Of a DNA stretch of 64,000 nt, positions 51,601 to 64,000 are shown in pieces (within the stretch, counting starts at the first letter, position 1; each line of letters starts with the position of its first letter). Origin of the DNA: Eledone cirrhosa (Eukaryota); assembly GCA_964016885.1 (NCBI GenBank), contig OZ024742.1:129518001-129582000 (forward strand), given 5' to 3'. The notes below the pieces were generated by a model that did no database searches, was not told the DNA's origin, and saw only the letters and a program-made list of their open reading frames with translations. Both the position numbers and the translations under genes were made by a program.

Positions 51601-54600
51601 TTTCTTTCATTGCCTCCCCGCCTTCTTATGTCCAAAGACATTCTATTTGTGACTGTTCTATCTCTCTTTCTTTCATTGCCTCCCCGCCTTCTTATGTCCA
51701 AAGACATTCTATTTGTGACTGTTCTATCTCTCTTTCTTTCATTGCCTCCCCGCCTTCTTATGTCCAAAGACATTCTATTTGTGACTGTTCTATCTCTCTT
51801 TCTTTCATTGCCTCCCCGCCTTCTTATGTCCAAAGACATTCTATTTGTGACTGTTCTATCTCTCTTTCTTTCATTGCCTCCCCGCCTTCTTATGTCCAAA
51901 GACATTCTATTTGTGACTGTTCTATCTCTCTTTCTTTCATTGCCTCCCCGCCTTCTTATGTCCAAAGACATTCTATTTGTGACTGTTCTATCTCTCTTTC
52001 TTTCATTGCCTCCCCGCCTTCTTATGTCCAAAGACATTCTATTTGTGACTGTTCTATCTCTCTTTCTTTCATTGCCTCCCCGCCTTCTTATGTCCAAAGA
52101 CATTCTATTTGTGACTGTTCTATCTCTCTTTCTTTCATTGCCTCCCCGCCTTCTTATGTCCAAAGACATTCTATTTGTGACTGTTCTATCTCTCTTTCTT
52201 TCATTGCCCTCCCCCCTTCTTATGTCCAAACACATTCTATTTGTGACTGTTCTATCTCTCTTTCTTTCATTGCCTCCCCGCCTTCTTATGTCCAAAGACA
52301 TTCTATTTGTGACTGTTCTATCTCTCTTTCTTTCATTGCCTCCCCGCCTTCTCATGTCCAAACACATTCTATTTGTGACTGTTCTATCTCTCTTTCTTTC
52401 ATTCCCCCCCCCCTTCTTATGTCCAAAGACATTCTATTTGTGACTGTTCTATCTCTCTTTCTTTCATTGCCCCCCCCCCTTCTTATGTCCAAAGACATTC
52501 TATTTGTGACTGTTCTATCTCTCTTTCTTTCATTGCCCCCCCATCCTTCTTATGTCCAAAGACATTCTATTTGTGACTGTTCTATCTCTCTTTCTTTCAT
52601 TCCCCCCCCCCCTTCTTATGTCCAAAGACATTCTATTTGTGACTGTTCTATCTCTCTTTCTTTCATTGCCCCCCCCCCTTCTTATGTCCAAAGACATTCT
52701 ATTTGTGACTGTTCTATCTCTCTTTCTTTCATTGCCCCCCCCCCCTTCTTATGTCCAAGGACATTCTATTTGTGACTGTTCTATCTCTCTTTCTTTCATT
52801 GCCTCCCCGCCTTCTTATGTCCAAAGACATTCTATTTGTGACTGTTCTATCTCTCTTTCTTTCATTGCCCTCCCCCCTTCTTATGTCCAAACACATTCTA
52901 TTTGTGACTGTTCTATCTCTCTTTCTTTCATTGCCTCCCCGCCTTCTTATGTCCAAAGACATTCTATTTGTGACTGTTCTATCTCTCTTTCTTTCATTGC
53001 CTCCCCGCCTTCTCATGTCCAAACACATTCTATTTGTGACTGTTCTATCTCTCTTTCTTTCATTCCCCCCCCCTTCTTATGTCCAAAGACATTCTATTTG
53101 TGACTGTTCTATCTCTCTTTCTTTCATTGCCCCCCCCCTTCTTATGTCCAAAGACATTCTATTTGTGACTGTTCTATCTCTCTTTCTTTCATTGCCCCCC
53201 CATCCTTCTTATGTCCAACGACATTCTATTTGTGACTGTTCTATCTCTCTTTCTTTCATTTCCCCCCCCCCCCTTCTTATGTCCAAAGACATTCTATTTG
53301 TGACTGTTCTATCTCTCTTTCTTTCATTGCCCCCCCCCCCCTTCTTATGTCCAAAGACATTCTATTTGTGACTGTTCTATCTCTCTTTCTTTCATTGCCC
53401 CCCCCCCTTCTTATGTCCAAAGACATTCTATTTGTGACTGTTCTATCTCTCTTTCTTTCATTGCCCCCCCCCCCCTTCTTATGTCCAAACACATTCTATT
53501 TGTGACTGTTCTATCTCTCTTTCTTTCATTGCCTCCCCGCCTTCTTATGTCCAAAGACATTCTATTTGTGACAGTTCTATCTCTCTTTCTTTCATTGCCT
53601 CCCCGCCTTCTTATGTCCAAATATATTCTATTTGTGACTGTTCTATCTCTCTTTCTTTCATTGCCTCCCCGACTTCTCATGTCCAAACACATTCTATTTG
53701 TGACTGTTCTATCTCTCTTTCTTTCATTGCCCCCCCCCCTTCTTATGTCCAAAGACATTCTATTTGTGACTGTTCTATCTCTCTTTCTTTCATTGCCTCC
53801 CCGCCTTCTCATGTCCAAACACATTCTATTTGTGACTGTTCTATCTCTCTTTCTTTCATTGCCTCCCCCCCTTCTTATGTCCAAAGACATTCTATTTGTG
53901 ACTGTTCTATCTCTCTTTCTTTCATTGCCCCCCCCCCCCCTTCTTATGTCCAAAGACATTCTATTTGTGACTGTTCTATCTCTCTTTCTTTCATTGCCTC
54001 CCCTCTTCTTATGTCCAAACACATTCTATTTGTGAATGTTCTATCTCTCTTTCTTTCATTGCGCCCTCCCCCCCCCCTTCTTATGTCCAAAGACATTCTA
54101 TTTGTGACTGTTCTATCTCTCTTTCTTTCATTGCCCCCCCCCTTCTTATGTCCAAAGACATTCTATTTGTGACTGTTCTATCTCTCTTTCTTTCATTGCC
54201 CCCCCCCCTTCTTATATCCAAAGACATTCTATTTGTGACTGTTCTATCTCTCTTTCTTTCATTGCCTCCCCGCCTTCTCATGTCCAAACACATTCTATTT
54301 GTGACTGTTCTATCTCTCTTTCTTTCATTGCCCCCCCCCCTTCTTATGTCCAAAGACATTCTATTTGTGACTGTTCTATCTCTCTTTCTTTCATTGCCTC
54401 CCCTCTTCTTATGTCCAAACACATTCTATTTGTGACTGTTCTATCTCTCTTTCTTTCATTGCCTCCCCTCTTCTTATGTCCAAACACATTCTATTTGTGA
54501 ATGTTCTATCTCTCTTTCTTTCATTGCGCCCTCCCCCCCCCCTTCTTATGTCCAAAGACATTCTATTTGTGACTGTTCTATCTCTCTTTCTTTCATTGCC

Positions 54601-57600
54601 CCCCCCCCCCTTCTTATGTCCAAAGACATTCTATTTGTGACTGTTCTATCTCTCTTTCTTTCATTGCCCCCCCCCCCCCTTCTTATGTCAAAAGACATTC
54701 TATTTGTGACTGTTCTATCTCTCTTACTTTCATTGCCTCCCCTCTTCTTATGTCCAAAGACATTCTATTTGTGACTGTTCTATCTCTCTTTCTTTCATTG
54801 CCCCCCCCCCCCCCTTCTTATGTCCAAAGACATTCTATTTGTGACTGTTCTATCTCTCTTTCTTTCATTTCCTCCCCGCCTTCTCATGTCCAAACACATT
54901 CTATTTGTGACTGTTCTATCTCTCTTTCTTTCATTGCCGCCCCCCCCTTCTTATGTCCAAAGACATTCTATTTGTGACTGTTCTATCTCTCTTTCTTTCA
55001 TTGCCCCCCCCCCCTTCTTATGTCCAAAGACATTCTATTTGTGACTGTTCTATCTCTCTTTCTTTCATTGCCTCCCCGCCTTCTTATGTCCAAACACATT
55101 CTATTTGTGACTGTTCTATCTCTCTTTCTTTCATTGCCCCCCCCCCCCCCTTCTTATGTCCAAAGACATTCTATTTGTGACTGTTCTATCTCTCTTTCTT
55201 TCATTGCCTCCCCGCCTTCTTATGTCCAAACACATTCTATTTGTGACTGTTCTATCTCTCTTTCTTTCATTGCCCCCCCCCCTTCTTATGTCCAAAGACA
55301 TTCTATTTGTGACTGTTCTATCTCTCTTTCTTTCATTGCCTCCCCGCCTTCTTATGTCCAAAGACATTCTATTTGTGACTGTTCTATCTCTCTTTCTTTC
55401 ATTGCCTCCCCGCCTTCTTATGTCCAAACACATTCTATTTGTGACTGTTCTATCTCTCTTTCTTTCATTGCCCCCCCCCCCTTCTTATGTCCAAAGACAT
55501 TCTATTTGTGACTGTTCTATCTCTCTTTCTGTCATTGCCCCCCCCTTCTCATGTCCAAACACATTCTATTTGTGACTGTTCTATCTCTCTTTCTTTCATT
55601 GCCCCCCCCCCTTCTTATGTCCAAAGACATTCTATTTGTGACTGTTCTATCTCTCTTTCTTTCATTGCTTCCCCCCCCCTTCTTATGTCCAAAGACATTC
55701 TATTTGTGACTGTTCTATCTCTCTTTCTTTCATTGCCCCCCCCCCCTTCTTATGTCCAAAGACATTCTATTTGTGACTGTTCTATCTCTCTTTCTTTCAT
55801 TGCCTCCCCGCCTTCTTATGTCCAAAGACATTCTATTTGTGACTGTTCTATCTCTCTTTCTTTCATTGCCTCCCCGCCTTCTCATGTCCAAACACATTCT
55901 ATTTGTGACTGTTCTATCTCTCTTTCTTTCATTGCCCCCCCCCCCCTTCTTATGTCCAAAGACATTCTATTTGTGACTGTTCTATCTCTCTTTCTTTCAT
56001 TGCCTCCCCGCCTTCTTATGTCCAAAGACATTCTATTTGTGACTGTTCTATCTCTCTTTCTTTCATTGCCTCCCCGCCTTCTCATGTCCAAACACATTCT
56101 ATTTGTGACTGTTCTATCTCTCTTTCTTTCATTGCCTCCCCGCCTTCTTATGTCCAAAGACATTCTATTTGTGACTGTTCTATCTCTCTTTCTTTCATTG
56201 CCTCCCCGCCTTCTCATGTCCAAACACATTCTATTTGTGACTGTTCTATCTCTCTTTCTTTCATTGCCTCCCCGCCTTCTTATGTCCAAAGACATTCTAT
56301 TTGTGACTGTTCTATCTCTCTTTCTTTCATTGCCTCCCCGCCTTCTCATGTCCAAACACATTCTATTTGTGACTGTTCTATCTCTCTTTCTTTCATTGCC
56401 TCCCCGCCTTCTTATGTCCAAAGACATTCTATTTGTGACTGTTCTATCTCTCTTTCTTTCATTGCCTCCCCGCCTTCTCATGTTCAAACACATTCTATTT
56501 CTGACTGTTCTATCTCTCTTTCTTTCATTGCCCCCCCCCCCTTCTTATGTCCAAAGACATTCTATTTGTGACTGTTCTATCTCTCTTTCTTTCATTGCCC
56601 CCCCCCCTTCTTATGTCCAAAGACATTCTATTTGTGACTGTTCTATCTCTCTTTCTTTCATTGCCTCCCCGCCTTCTTATGTCCAAAGACATTCTATTTG
56701 TGACTGTTCTATCTCTCTTTCTTTCATTGCCTCCCCGCCTTCTCATGTCCAAACACATTCTATTTGTGACTGTTCTATCTCTCTTTCTTTCATTGCCTCC
56801 CCGCCTTCTTATGTCCAAAGACATTCTATTTGTGACTGTTCTATCTCTCTTTCTTTCATTGCCTCCCCGCCTTCTCATGTCCAAACACATTCTATTTGTG
56901 ACTGTTCTATCTCTCTTTCTTTCATTGCCTCCCCGCCTTCTTATGTCCAAAGACATTCTATTTGTGACTGTTCTATCTCTCTTTCTTTCATTGCCTCCCC
57001 GCCTTCTCATGTCCAAACACATTCTATTTGTGACTGTTCTATCTCTCTTTCTTTCATTGCCTCCCCGCCTTCTTATGTCCAAAGACATTCTATTTGTGAC
57101 TGTTCTATCTCTCTTTCTTTCATTGCCTCCCCGCCTTCTCATGTCCAAACACATTCTATTTGTGACTGTTCTATCTCTCTTTCTTTCATTGCCCCCCCCC
57201 CCTTCTTATGTCCAAAGACATTCTATTTGTGACTGTTCTATCTCTCTTTCTTTCATTGCCTCCCCCCTTCTTATGTCCAAAAGACATTCTATTTGTGACT
57301 GTTCTATCTCTCTTTCTTTCATTGCCTCCCCGCCTTCTTATGTCCAAAGACATTCTATTTGTGACTGTTCTATCTCTCTTTCTTTCATTGCCTCCCCGCC
57401 TTCTCATGTCCAAACACATTCTATTTGTGACTGTTCTATCTCTCTTTCTTTCATTGCCTCCCCCGCCCTTCTTATGTCCAAACACATTCTATTTGTGACT
57501 GTTCTATCTCTCTTTCTTTCATTGCCCCCCCCCCTTCTTATGTCCAAAGACATTCTATTTGTGACTGTTCTATCTCTCTTTCTTTCATTGCCTCCCCGCC

Positions 57601-60600
57601 TTCTCATGTCCAAACACATTCTATTTGTGACTGTTCTATTCTCTTTCTTTCGTTGCCCCCCCCCCTTCTTATCTCCAAAGACATTCTATTTGTGACTGTT
57701 CTATCTCTCTTTCTTTCATTGCCTCCCCGCCTTCTCATGTCCAAACATATTCTATTTGTGACTGTTCTATCTCTCTTTCTTTCATTGCCCCCCCCCTTCT
57801 TATGTCCAAAACATTCTATTTGTGACTGTTCTATCTCTCTTTCTTTCATTGCCTCCCCTCTTCTTATGTCCAAACACATTCTATTTGTGACTGTTCTATC
57901 TCTCTTTCTTTCATTGCCCTCCCCCTCTTCTTATGTCCAAACACATTCTATTTGTGACTGTTCTATCTCTCTTTCTTTCATTGCCCCCCCCCCTTCTTAT
58001 GTCCAAAGACATTCTATTTGTGGACTGTTCTATCTCTCTTTCTTTCATTGCCCCCCCCCCTTCTTATGTCCAAAGACATTCTATTTGTGACTGTTCTATC
58101 TCTCTTCTTTCATTGCCCCCCCCTTCTTATGTCCAAAGACATTCTATTTGTGACTGTTCTATCTCTCTTTCTTTCATTACCTCCCCCCCTTCTTATGTCA
58201 AAGACATTCTATTTGTGACTGTTCTATCTCTCTTTCTTTCACTGCCCCCCCCCCCCCTTCTTATGTCCAAAGACATTCTATTTGTGACTGTTCTATCTCT
58301 CTTTCTTTCATTGCCCCCCCCGCCTTCTTATGTCCAAAGACATTCTATTTGTGACTGTTCTATCTCTCTTTCTTTCATTGCCCCCCCCCCCTTCTTATGT
58401 CCAAAGACATTCTATTTGTTACTGTTCTATCTCTCTTTCTGTCATTGCCCCACCCCCCTTCTCATGTCCAAAGACATTCTATTTGTGACTGTTCTATCTC
58501 TCTTTCTTTCATTGCCCTCCCCCCTTCTTATGTCCAAAGACATTCTATTTGTGACTGTTCTATCTCTCTTTCTTTCATTGCCTCCCCGCCTTCTTATGTC
58601 CAAAGACATTCTATTTGTGACTGTTCTATCTCTCTTTCTTTCATTGCCTCCCCGCCTTCTTATGTCCAAAGACATTCTATTTGTGACTGTTCTATCTCTC
58701 TTTCTTTCATTGCCTCCCCGCCTTCTCATGTCCAAACACATTCTATTTGTGACTGTTCTATCTCTCTTTCTTTCATTGCCCCCCCCCCCTTCTTATGTCC
58801 AAAGACATTCTATTTGTGACTGTTCTATCTCTCTTTCTTTCATTGCCCCCCCCCACCTTCTTATGTCCAAAGACATTCTATTTGTGACTGTTCTATCTCT
58901 CTTTCTTTCATTGCCTCCCCGCCTTCTTATGTCCAAAGACATTCTATTTGTGACTGTTCTATCTCTCTTTCTTTCATTGCCTCCCCGCCTTCTCATGTCC
59001 AAACACATTCTATTTGTGACTGTTCTATCTCTCTTTCTTTCATTGCCTCCCCGCCTTCTTATGTCCAAAGACATTCTATTTGTGACTGTTCTATCTCTCT
59101 TTCTTTCATTGCCTCCCCGCCTTCTCATGTCCAAACACATTCTATTTGTGACTGTTCTATCTCTCTTTCTTTCATTGCCCCCCCCCCCCCTTCTTATATC
59201 CAAAGACATTCTATTTGTGACTGTTCTATCTCTCTTTCTTTCATTGCCTCCCCGCCTTCTCATGTCCAAACACATTCTATTTGTGACTGTTCTATCTCTC
59301 TTTCTTTCATTGCCTCCCCGCCTTCTTATGTCCAAAGACATTCTATTTGTGACTGTTCTATCTCTCTTTCTTTCATTGCCCCCCCCCCCCTTCTTATATC
59401 CAAAGACATTCTATTTGTGACTGTTCTATCTCTCTTTCTTTCATTGCCTCCCCGCCTTCTCATGTCCAAACACATTCTATTTGTGACTGTTCTATCTCTC
59501 TTTCTTTCATTGCCTCCCCGCCTTCTTATGTCCAAAGACATTCTATTTGTGACTGTTCTATCTCTCTTTCTTTCATTGCCCTCCCCCCTTCTTATGTCCA
59601 AAGACATTCTATTTGTGACTGTTCTATCTCTCTTTCTTTCATTGCCTCCCCGCCTTCTCATGTCCAAACACATTCTATTTGTGACTGTTCTATCTCTCTT
59701 TCTTTCATTGCCCCCCCCCCCCCCTTCTTATGTCCAAAGACATTCTATTTGTGACTGTTCTATCTCTCTTTCTTTCATTGCCTCCCCGCCTTCTCATGTC
59801 CAAACACATTCTATTTGTGACTGTTCTATCTCTCTTTCTTTCATTGCCTCCCCGCCTTCTCATGTCCAAAGACATTCTATTTGTGACTGTTCTATCTCTC
59901 TTTCTTTCAGTGCCTCCCCTCTTCTTATGTCCAAACACATTCTATTTGTGAATGTTCTATCTCTCTTTCTTTCATTGCCCCCCCCCCCCTTCTTATGTCC
60001 AAAGACATTCTATTTGTGACTGTTCTATCTCTCTTTCTTTCATTGCACCCCCCCCTTCTTATGTCCAAAGACATTCTATTTGTGACTGTTCTATCTCTCT
60101 TTCTTTCATTTCCTCCCCCCCTTCTTATGTCCAAAGACATTCTATTTGTGACTGTTCTATCTCTCTTTCTTTCATTGCCCCCCCCCCCTTCTTATGTCCA
60201 AAGACATTCTATTTGTGACTGTTCTATCTCTCTTTCTTTCATTGCCCCCCCCCCCTTCTTATGTCCAAATACATTCTATTTGTGACTGTTCTATCTCTCT
60301 TTCTTTCATTGCCTCCCCGCCTTCTCATGTCCAAACACATTCTATTTGTGACTGTTCTATCTCTCTTTCTTTCATTGCCCCCCCCCTTCTTATGTCCAAA
60401 CACATTCTATTTGTGACTGTTCTATCTCTCTTTCTTTCATTGCCTCCCCGCCTTCTTATGTCCAAACACATTCTATTTGTGACTGTTCTATCTCTCTTTC
60501 TTTCATTGCCTCCCCGCCTTCTTATGTCCAAAGACATTCTATTTGTGACTGTTCTATCTCTCTTTCTTTCATTGCCTCCCCGCCTTCTTATGTCCAAAGA

Positions 60601-63600
60601 CATTCTATTTGTGACTGTTCTATCTCTCTTTCTTTCATTGCCCCCCCCCCCCCTTCTTATGTCCAAAGACATTCTATTTGTGACTGTTCTATCTCTCTTT
60701 CTTTCATTGCCTCCCCGCCTTCTCATGTCCAAACACATTCTATTTGTGACTGTTCTATCTCTCTTTCTTTCATTGCCCCCCCCCCCCTTCTTATGTCCAA
60801 AGACATTCTATTTGTGACTGTTCTATCTCTCTTTCTTTCATTGCCCCCCCCCCTTCTTATGTCCAAAGACATTCTATTTGTGACTGTTCTATCTCTCTTT
60901 CTTTCATTGCCCCCCCGCCTTCTTATGTCCAAAGACATTCTATTTGTGACTGTTCTATCTCTCTTTCTTTCATTGCCTCCCCGCCTTCTTATGTCCAAAG
61001 ACATTCTATTTGTGACTGTTCTATCTCTCTTTCTTTCATTGCCTCCCCGCCTTCTTATGTCCAAACACATTCTATTTGTGACTGTTCTATCTCTCTTTCT
61101 TTCATTGCCCCCCCCCCCCCCTTCTTATGTCCAAAGACATTCTATTTGTGACTGTTCTATCTCTCTTTCTGTCATTGCCCCCCCCCCCCTTCTCATGTCC
61201 AAACACATTCTATTTGTGACTGTTCTATCTCTCTTTCTTTCATTGCCCTCCCCCCTTCTTATGTCCAAAGACATTCTATTTGTGACTGTTCTATCTCTCT
61301 TTCTTTCATTGCCTCCCCGCCTTCTTATGTCCAAAGACATTCTATTTGTGACTGTTCTATCTCTCTTTCTTTCATTGCCCTCCCCCCTTCTTATGTCCAA
61401 AGACATTCTATTTGTGACTGTTCTATCTCTCTTTCTTTCATTGCCCCCCCCTTCTTATGTCCAAAGACATTCTATTTGTGACTGTTCTATCTCTCTTTCT
61501 TTCATTGCCTCCCCGCCTTCTTATGTCCAAAGACATTCTATTTGTGACTGTTCTATCTCTCTTTCTTTCATTGCCTCCCCTCTTCTTATGTCCAAAGACA
61601 TTCTATTTGTGACTGTTCTATCTCTCTTTCTTTCATTGCCTCCCCGCCTTCTCATGTCCAAACACATTCTATTTGTGACTGTTCTATCTCTCTTTCTTTC
61701 ATTGCCCCCCCCCCCCCCCATTCTTATGTCCAAAGACATTCTATTTGTGACTGTTCTATCTCTCTTTCTTTCATTGCCCCCCCCCCCCCCCACCTTCTTA
61801 TGTCCAAACACATTCTATTTGTGACTGTTCTATCTCTCTTTCTTTCATTGCCTCCCCGCCTTCTTATGTCCAAAGACATTCTATTTGTGACTGTTCTATC
61901 TCTCTTTCTTTCATTGCCTCCCCGCCTTCTTATGTCCAAACACATTCTATTTGTGACTGTTCTATCTCTCTTTCTTTCATTGCCCCCCCCCTTCTTATGT
62001 CCAAAGACATTCTATTTGTGACTGTTCTATCTCTCTTTCTGTCATTGCCCCCCCCTTCTCATGTCCAAACACATTCTATTTGTGACTGTTCTATCTCTCT
62101 TTCTTTCATTGCCCCCCCCCTTCTTATGTCCAAAGACATTCTATTTGTGACTGTTCTATCTCTCTTTCTTTCATTGCCCCCCCCCCCACCTTCTTATGTC
62201 CAAACACATTCTATTTGTGACTGTTCTATCTCTCTTTCTTTCATTGCCTCCCCGCCTTCTTATGTCCAAAGACATTCTATTTGTGACTGTTCTATCTCTC
62301 TTTCTGTCATTGCCCCCCCCTTCTCATGTCCAAACACATTCTATTTGTGACTGTTCTATCTCTCTTTCTTTCATTGCCCCCCCCCCTTCTTATGTCCAAA
62401 CACATTCTATTTGTGACTGTTCTATCTCTCTTTCTTTCATTGCCTCCCCCCCCCCCCCTTCTTATGTCCAAAGACATTCTATTTGTGACTGTTCTATCTC
62501 TCTTTCTTTCATTGCCCCCCCCCCCTTCTTATGTCCAAAGACATTCTATTTGTGACTGTTCTATCTCTCTTTCTTTCATTGCCTCCCCGCCTTCTTATGT
62601 CCAAACACATTCTATTTGTGACTGTTCTATCTCTCTTTCTTTCATTGCCTCCCCGCCTTCTTATGTCCAAAGACATTCTATTTGTGACTGTTCTATCTCT
62701 CTTTCTTTCATTGCCCCCCCCCCCCCTTCTTATGTCCAAAGACATTCTATTTGTGACTGTTCTATCTCTCTTTCTTTCATTGCCCCCCCCCTTCTCATGT
62801 CCAAACACATTCTATTTGTGACTGTTCTATCTCTCTTTCTTTCATTGCCTCCCCCCTTCTCATGTCCAAACACATTCTATTTGTGACTGTTCTATCTCTC
62901 TTTCTTTCATTGCCCCCCCCCCCCTTCTCATGTCCAAACACATTCTATTTGTGACTGCTCTATCTCTCTTTCTTTCATTGCCCCCCCCCCCTTCTCATGT
63001 CCAAACACATTCTATTTGTGACTGTTCTATCTCTCTTTCTTTCATTGCCTCCCCCCTTCTTATGTCCAAAGACATTCTATTTGTGACTGTTCTATCTCTC
63101 TTTCTTTCATTGCCCCCCCCCCCCCCCTTCTCATGTCCAAACACATTCTATTTGTGACTGTTCTATCTCTCTTTCTTTCATTGCCTCCCCCCTTCTTATG
63201 TCCAAAGACATTCTATTTGTGACTGTTCTATCTCTCTTTCTTTCATTGCCCCCCCCCCTTCTTATGTCCAAAGACATTCTATTTGTGACTGTTCTATCTC
63301 TCTTTCTTTCATTGCCCCCCCCCCCTTCTTATGTCCAAAGACATTCTATTTGTGACTGTTCTATCTCTCTTTCTTTCATTGCCCCCCCCCCTTCTTATGT
63401 CCAAAGACATTCTATTTGTGACTGTTCTATCTCTCTTTCTTTCATTGCCCCCCCCCTTCTTATGTCCAAATACATTCTATTTGTGACTGTTCTATCTCTC
63501 TTTCTTTCATTGCCCCCCCCCCTTCTTATGTCCAAAGACATTCTATTTGTGACTGTTCTATCTCTCTTTCTTTCATTGCCTCCCCGCCTTCTTATGTCCA

Positions 63601-64000
63601 AAGACATTCTATTTGTGACTGTTCTATCTCTCTTTCTTTCATTGCCTCCCCGCCTTCTCATGTCCAAACACATTCTATTTGTGACTGTTCTATCTCTCTT
63701 TCTTTCATTGCCCCCCCCCCTTCTTATGTCCAAAGACATTCTATTTGTGACTGTTCTATCTCTCTTTCTTTCATTGCCTCCCCGCCTTCTCATGTCCAAA
63801 CACATTCTATTTGTGACTGTTCTATCTCTCTTTCTTTCATTGCCCCCCCCCCTTCTTATGTCCAAAGACATTCTATTTGTGACTGTTCTATCTCTCTTTC
63901 TTTCATTGCCTCCCCGCCTTCTCATGTCCAAACACATTCTATTTGTGACTGTTCTATTTCTCTTTCTTTCGTTGCCCCCCCCCCCCTTCTTATCTCCAAA
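6671..64000. repeat. 66-bp satellite DNA array, head-to-tail, about 865 copies, running off the window end
   Basis: Consensus TTGCCTCCCCGCCTTCTTATGTCCAAAGACATTCTATTTGTGACTGTTCTATCTCTCTTTCTTTCA. Main variable sites are the C-tract (CCTCCCCGCC / poly-C / CCTCCCCTC), CTTAT vs CTCAT, and AAAGAC vs AAACAC. I saw no inversion or foreign insertion. Copy number is estimated as 57,330 bp divided by about 66. Confidence 0.99.

Noticed and set aside
57230-58440. Cluster of singleton 1-bp indels (also about 37080-37620) suggesting a more diverged satellite domain
   Set aside because: Non-recurrent single-base indels in short homopolymers look like lower local consensus accuracy; they cannot be told from real divergence without reads.
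6659-63937. Hundreds of ORFs up to 914 aa with repeats MSKDILFVTVLSLFLSLPPRLL, SYVQRHSICDCSISLSFIASPP or (minus strand) MSLDIRRRGGNERKRDRTVTNR; possible giant repeat protein or poly-C phase-variation system
   Set aside because: The monomer is 66 bp (22 codons) and the pyrimidine-rich plus strand has a single stop, so two frames stay open by composition alone. Frames switch constantly at C-runs and at periodic 65-bp monomers, with no unique N- or C-terminal domain and no sign of frame preservation. Only ribosome profiling or proteomics could revive this.
6671-64000. CRISPR-like repeat/spacer array
   Set aside because: No unique spacers (variation is limited to a few recurrent SNPs and C-run length), no cas genes, and the context is eukaryotic.
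6671-64000. Tandem splice acceptors (polypyrimidine tract plus the AG of the AAAGAC variant) or Sp/KLF GC boxes (GGCGGGGAGG) in each monomer
   Set aside because: Such short motifs are expected from the base composition; the AG context is weak and there is no evidence of transcription or binding.

Overview
Eukaryotic, gene-free, repeat-dominated window; the SINE and LINE families resemble those I know from octopus/cephalopod genomes (inference). Bases 1-6670 are a transposon mosaic. A 77-bp minisatellite is interrupted in phase by a 2.4-kb CR1-type LINE that keeps a nearly intact RT but lacks its endonuclease. A convergent Tx1/L1-type LINE fragment keeps endonuclease and linker but is cut at the start of its RT. 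There are also five tRNA-derived SINE copies (one nested in another, with a TSD) and microsatellites. From 6671 to the window end (about 57.3 kb, roughly 865 copies) runs an uninterrupted head-to-tail 66-bp satellite. It has a few linked variant monomers, local higher-order repeats (2-, 3-, 7-, 9-, 10-, 12-, about 29-mer) and an ordered marker series recurring about 14.8-15 kb apart. Nearly all ORFs in the supplied track beyond 6.6 kb are artefacts of the 22-codon monomer. I cannot demonstrate a new functional system from the sequence alone; the best leads are the satellite's multi-scale architecture and the endonuclease-less LINE.
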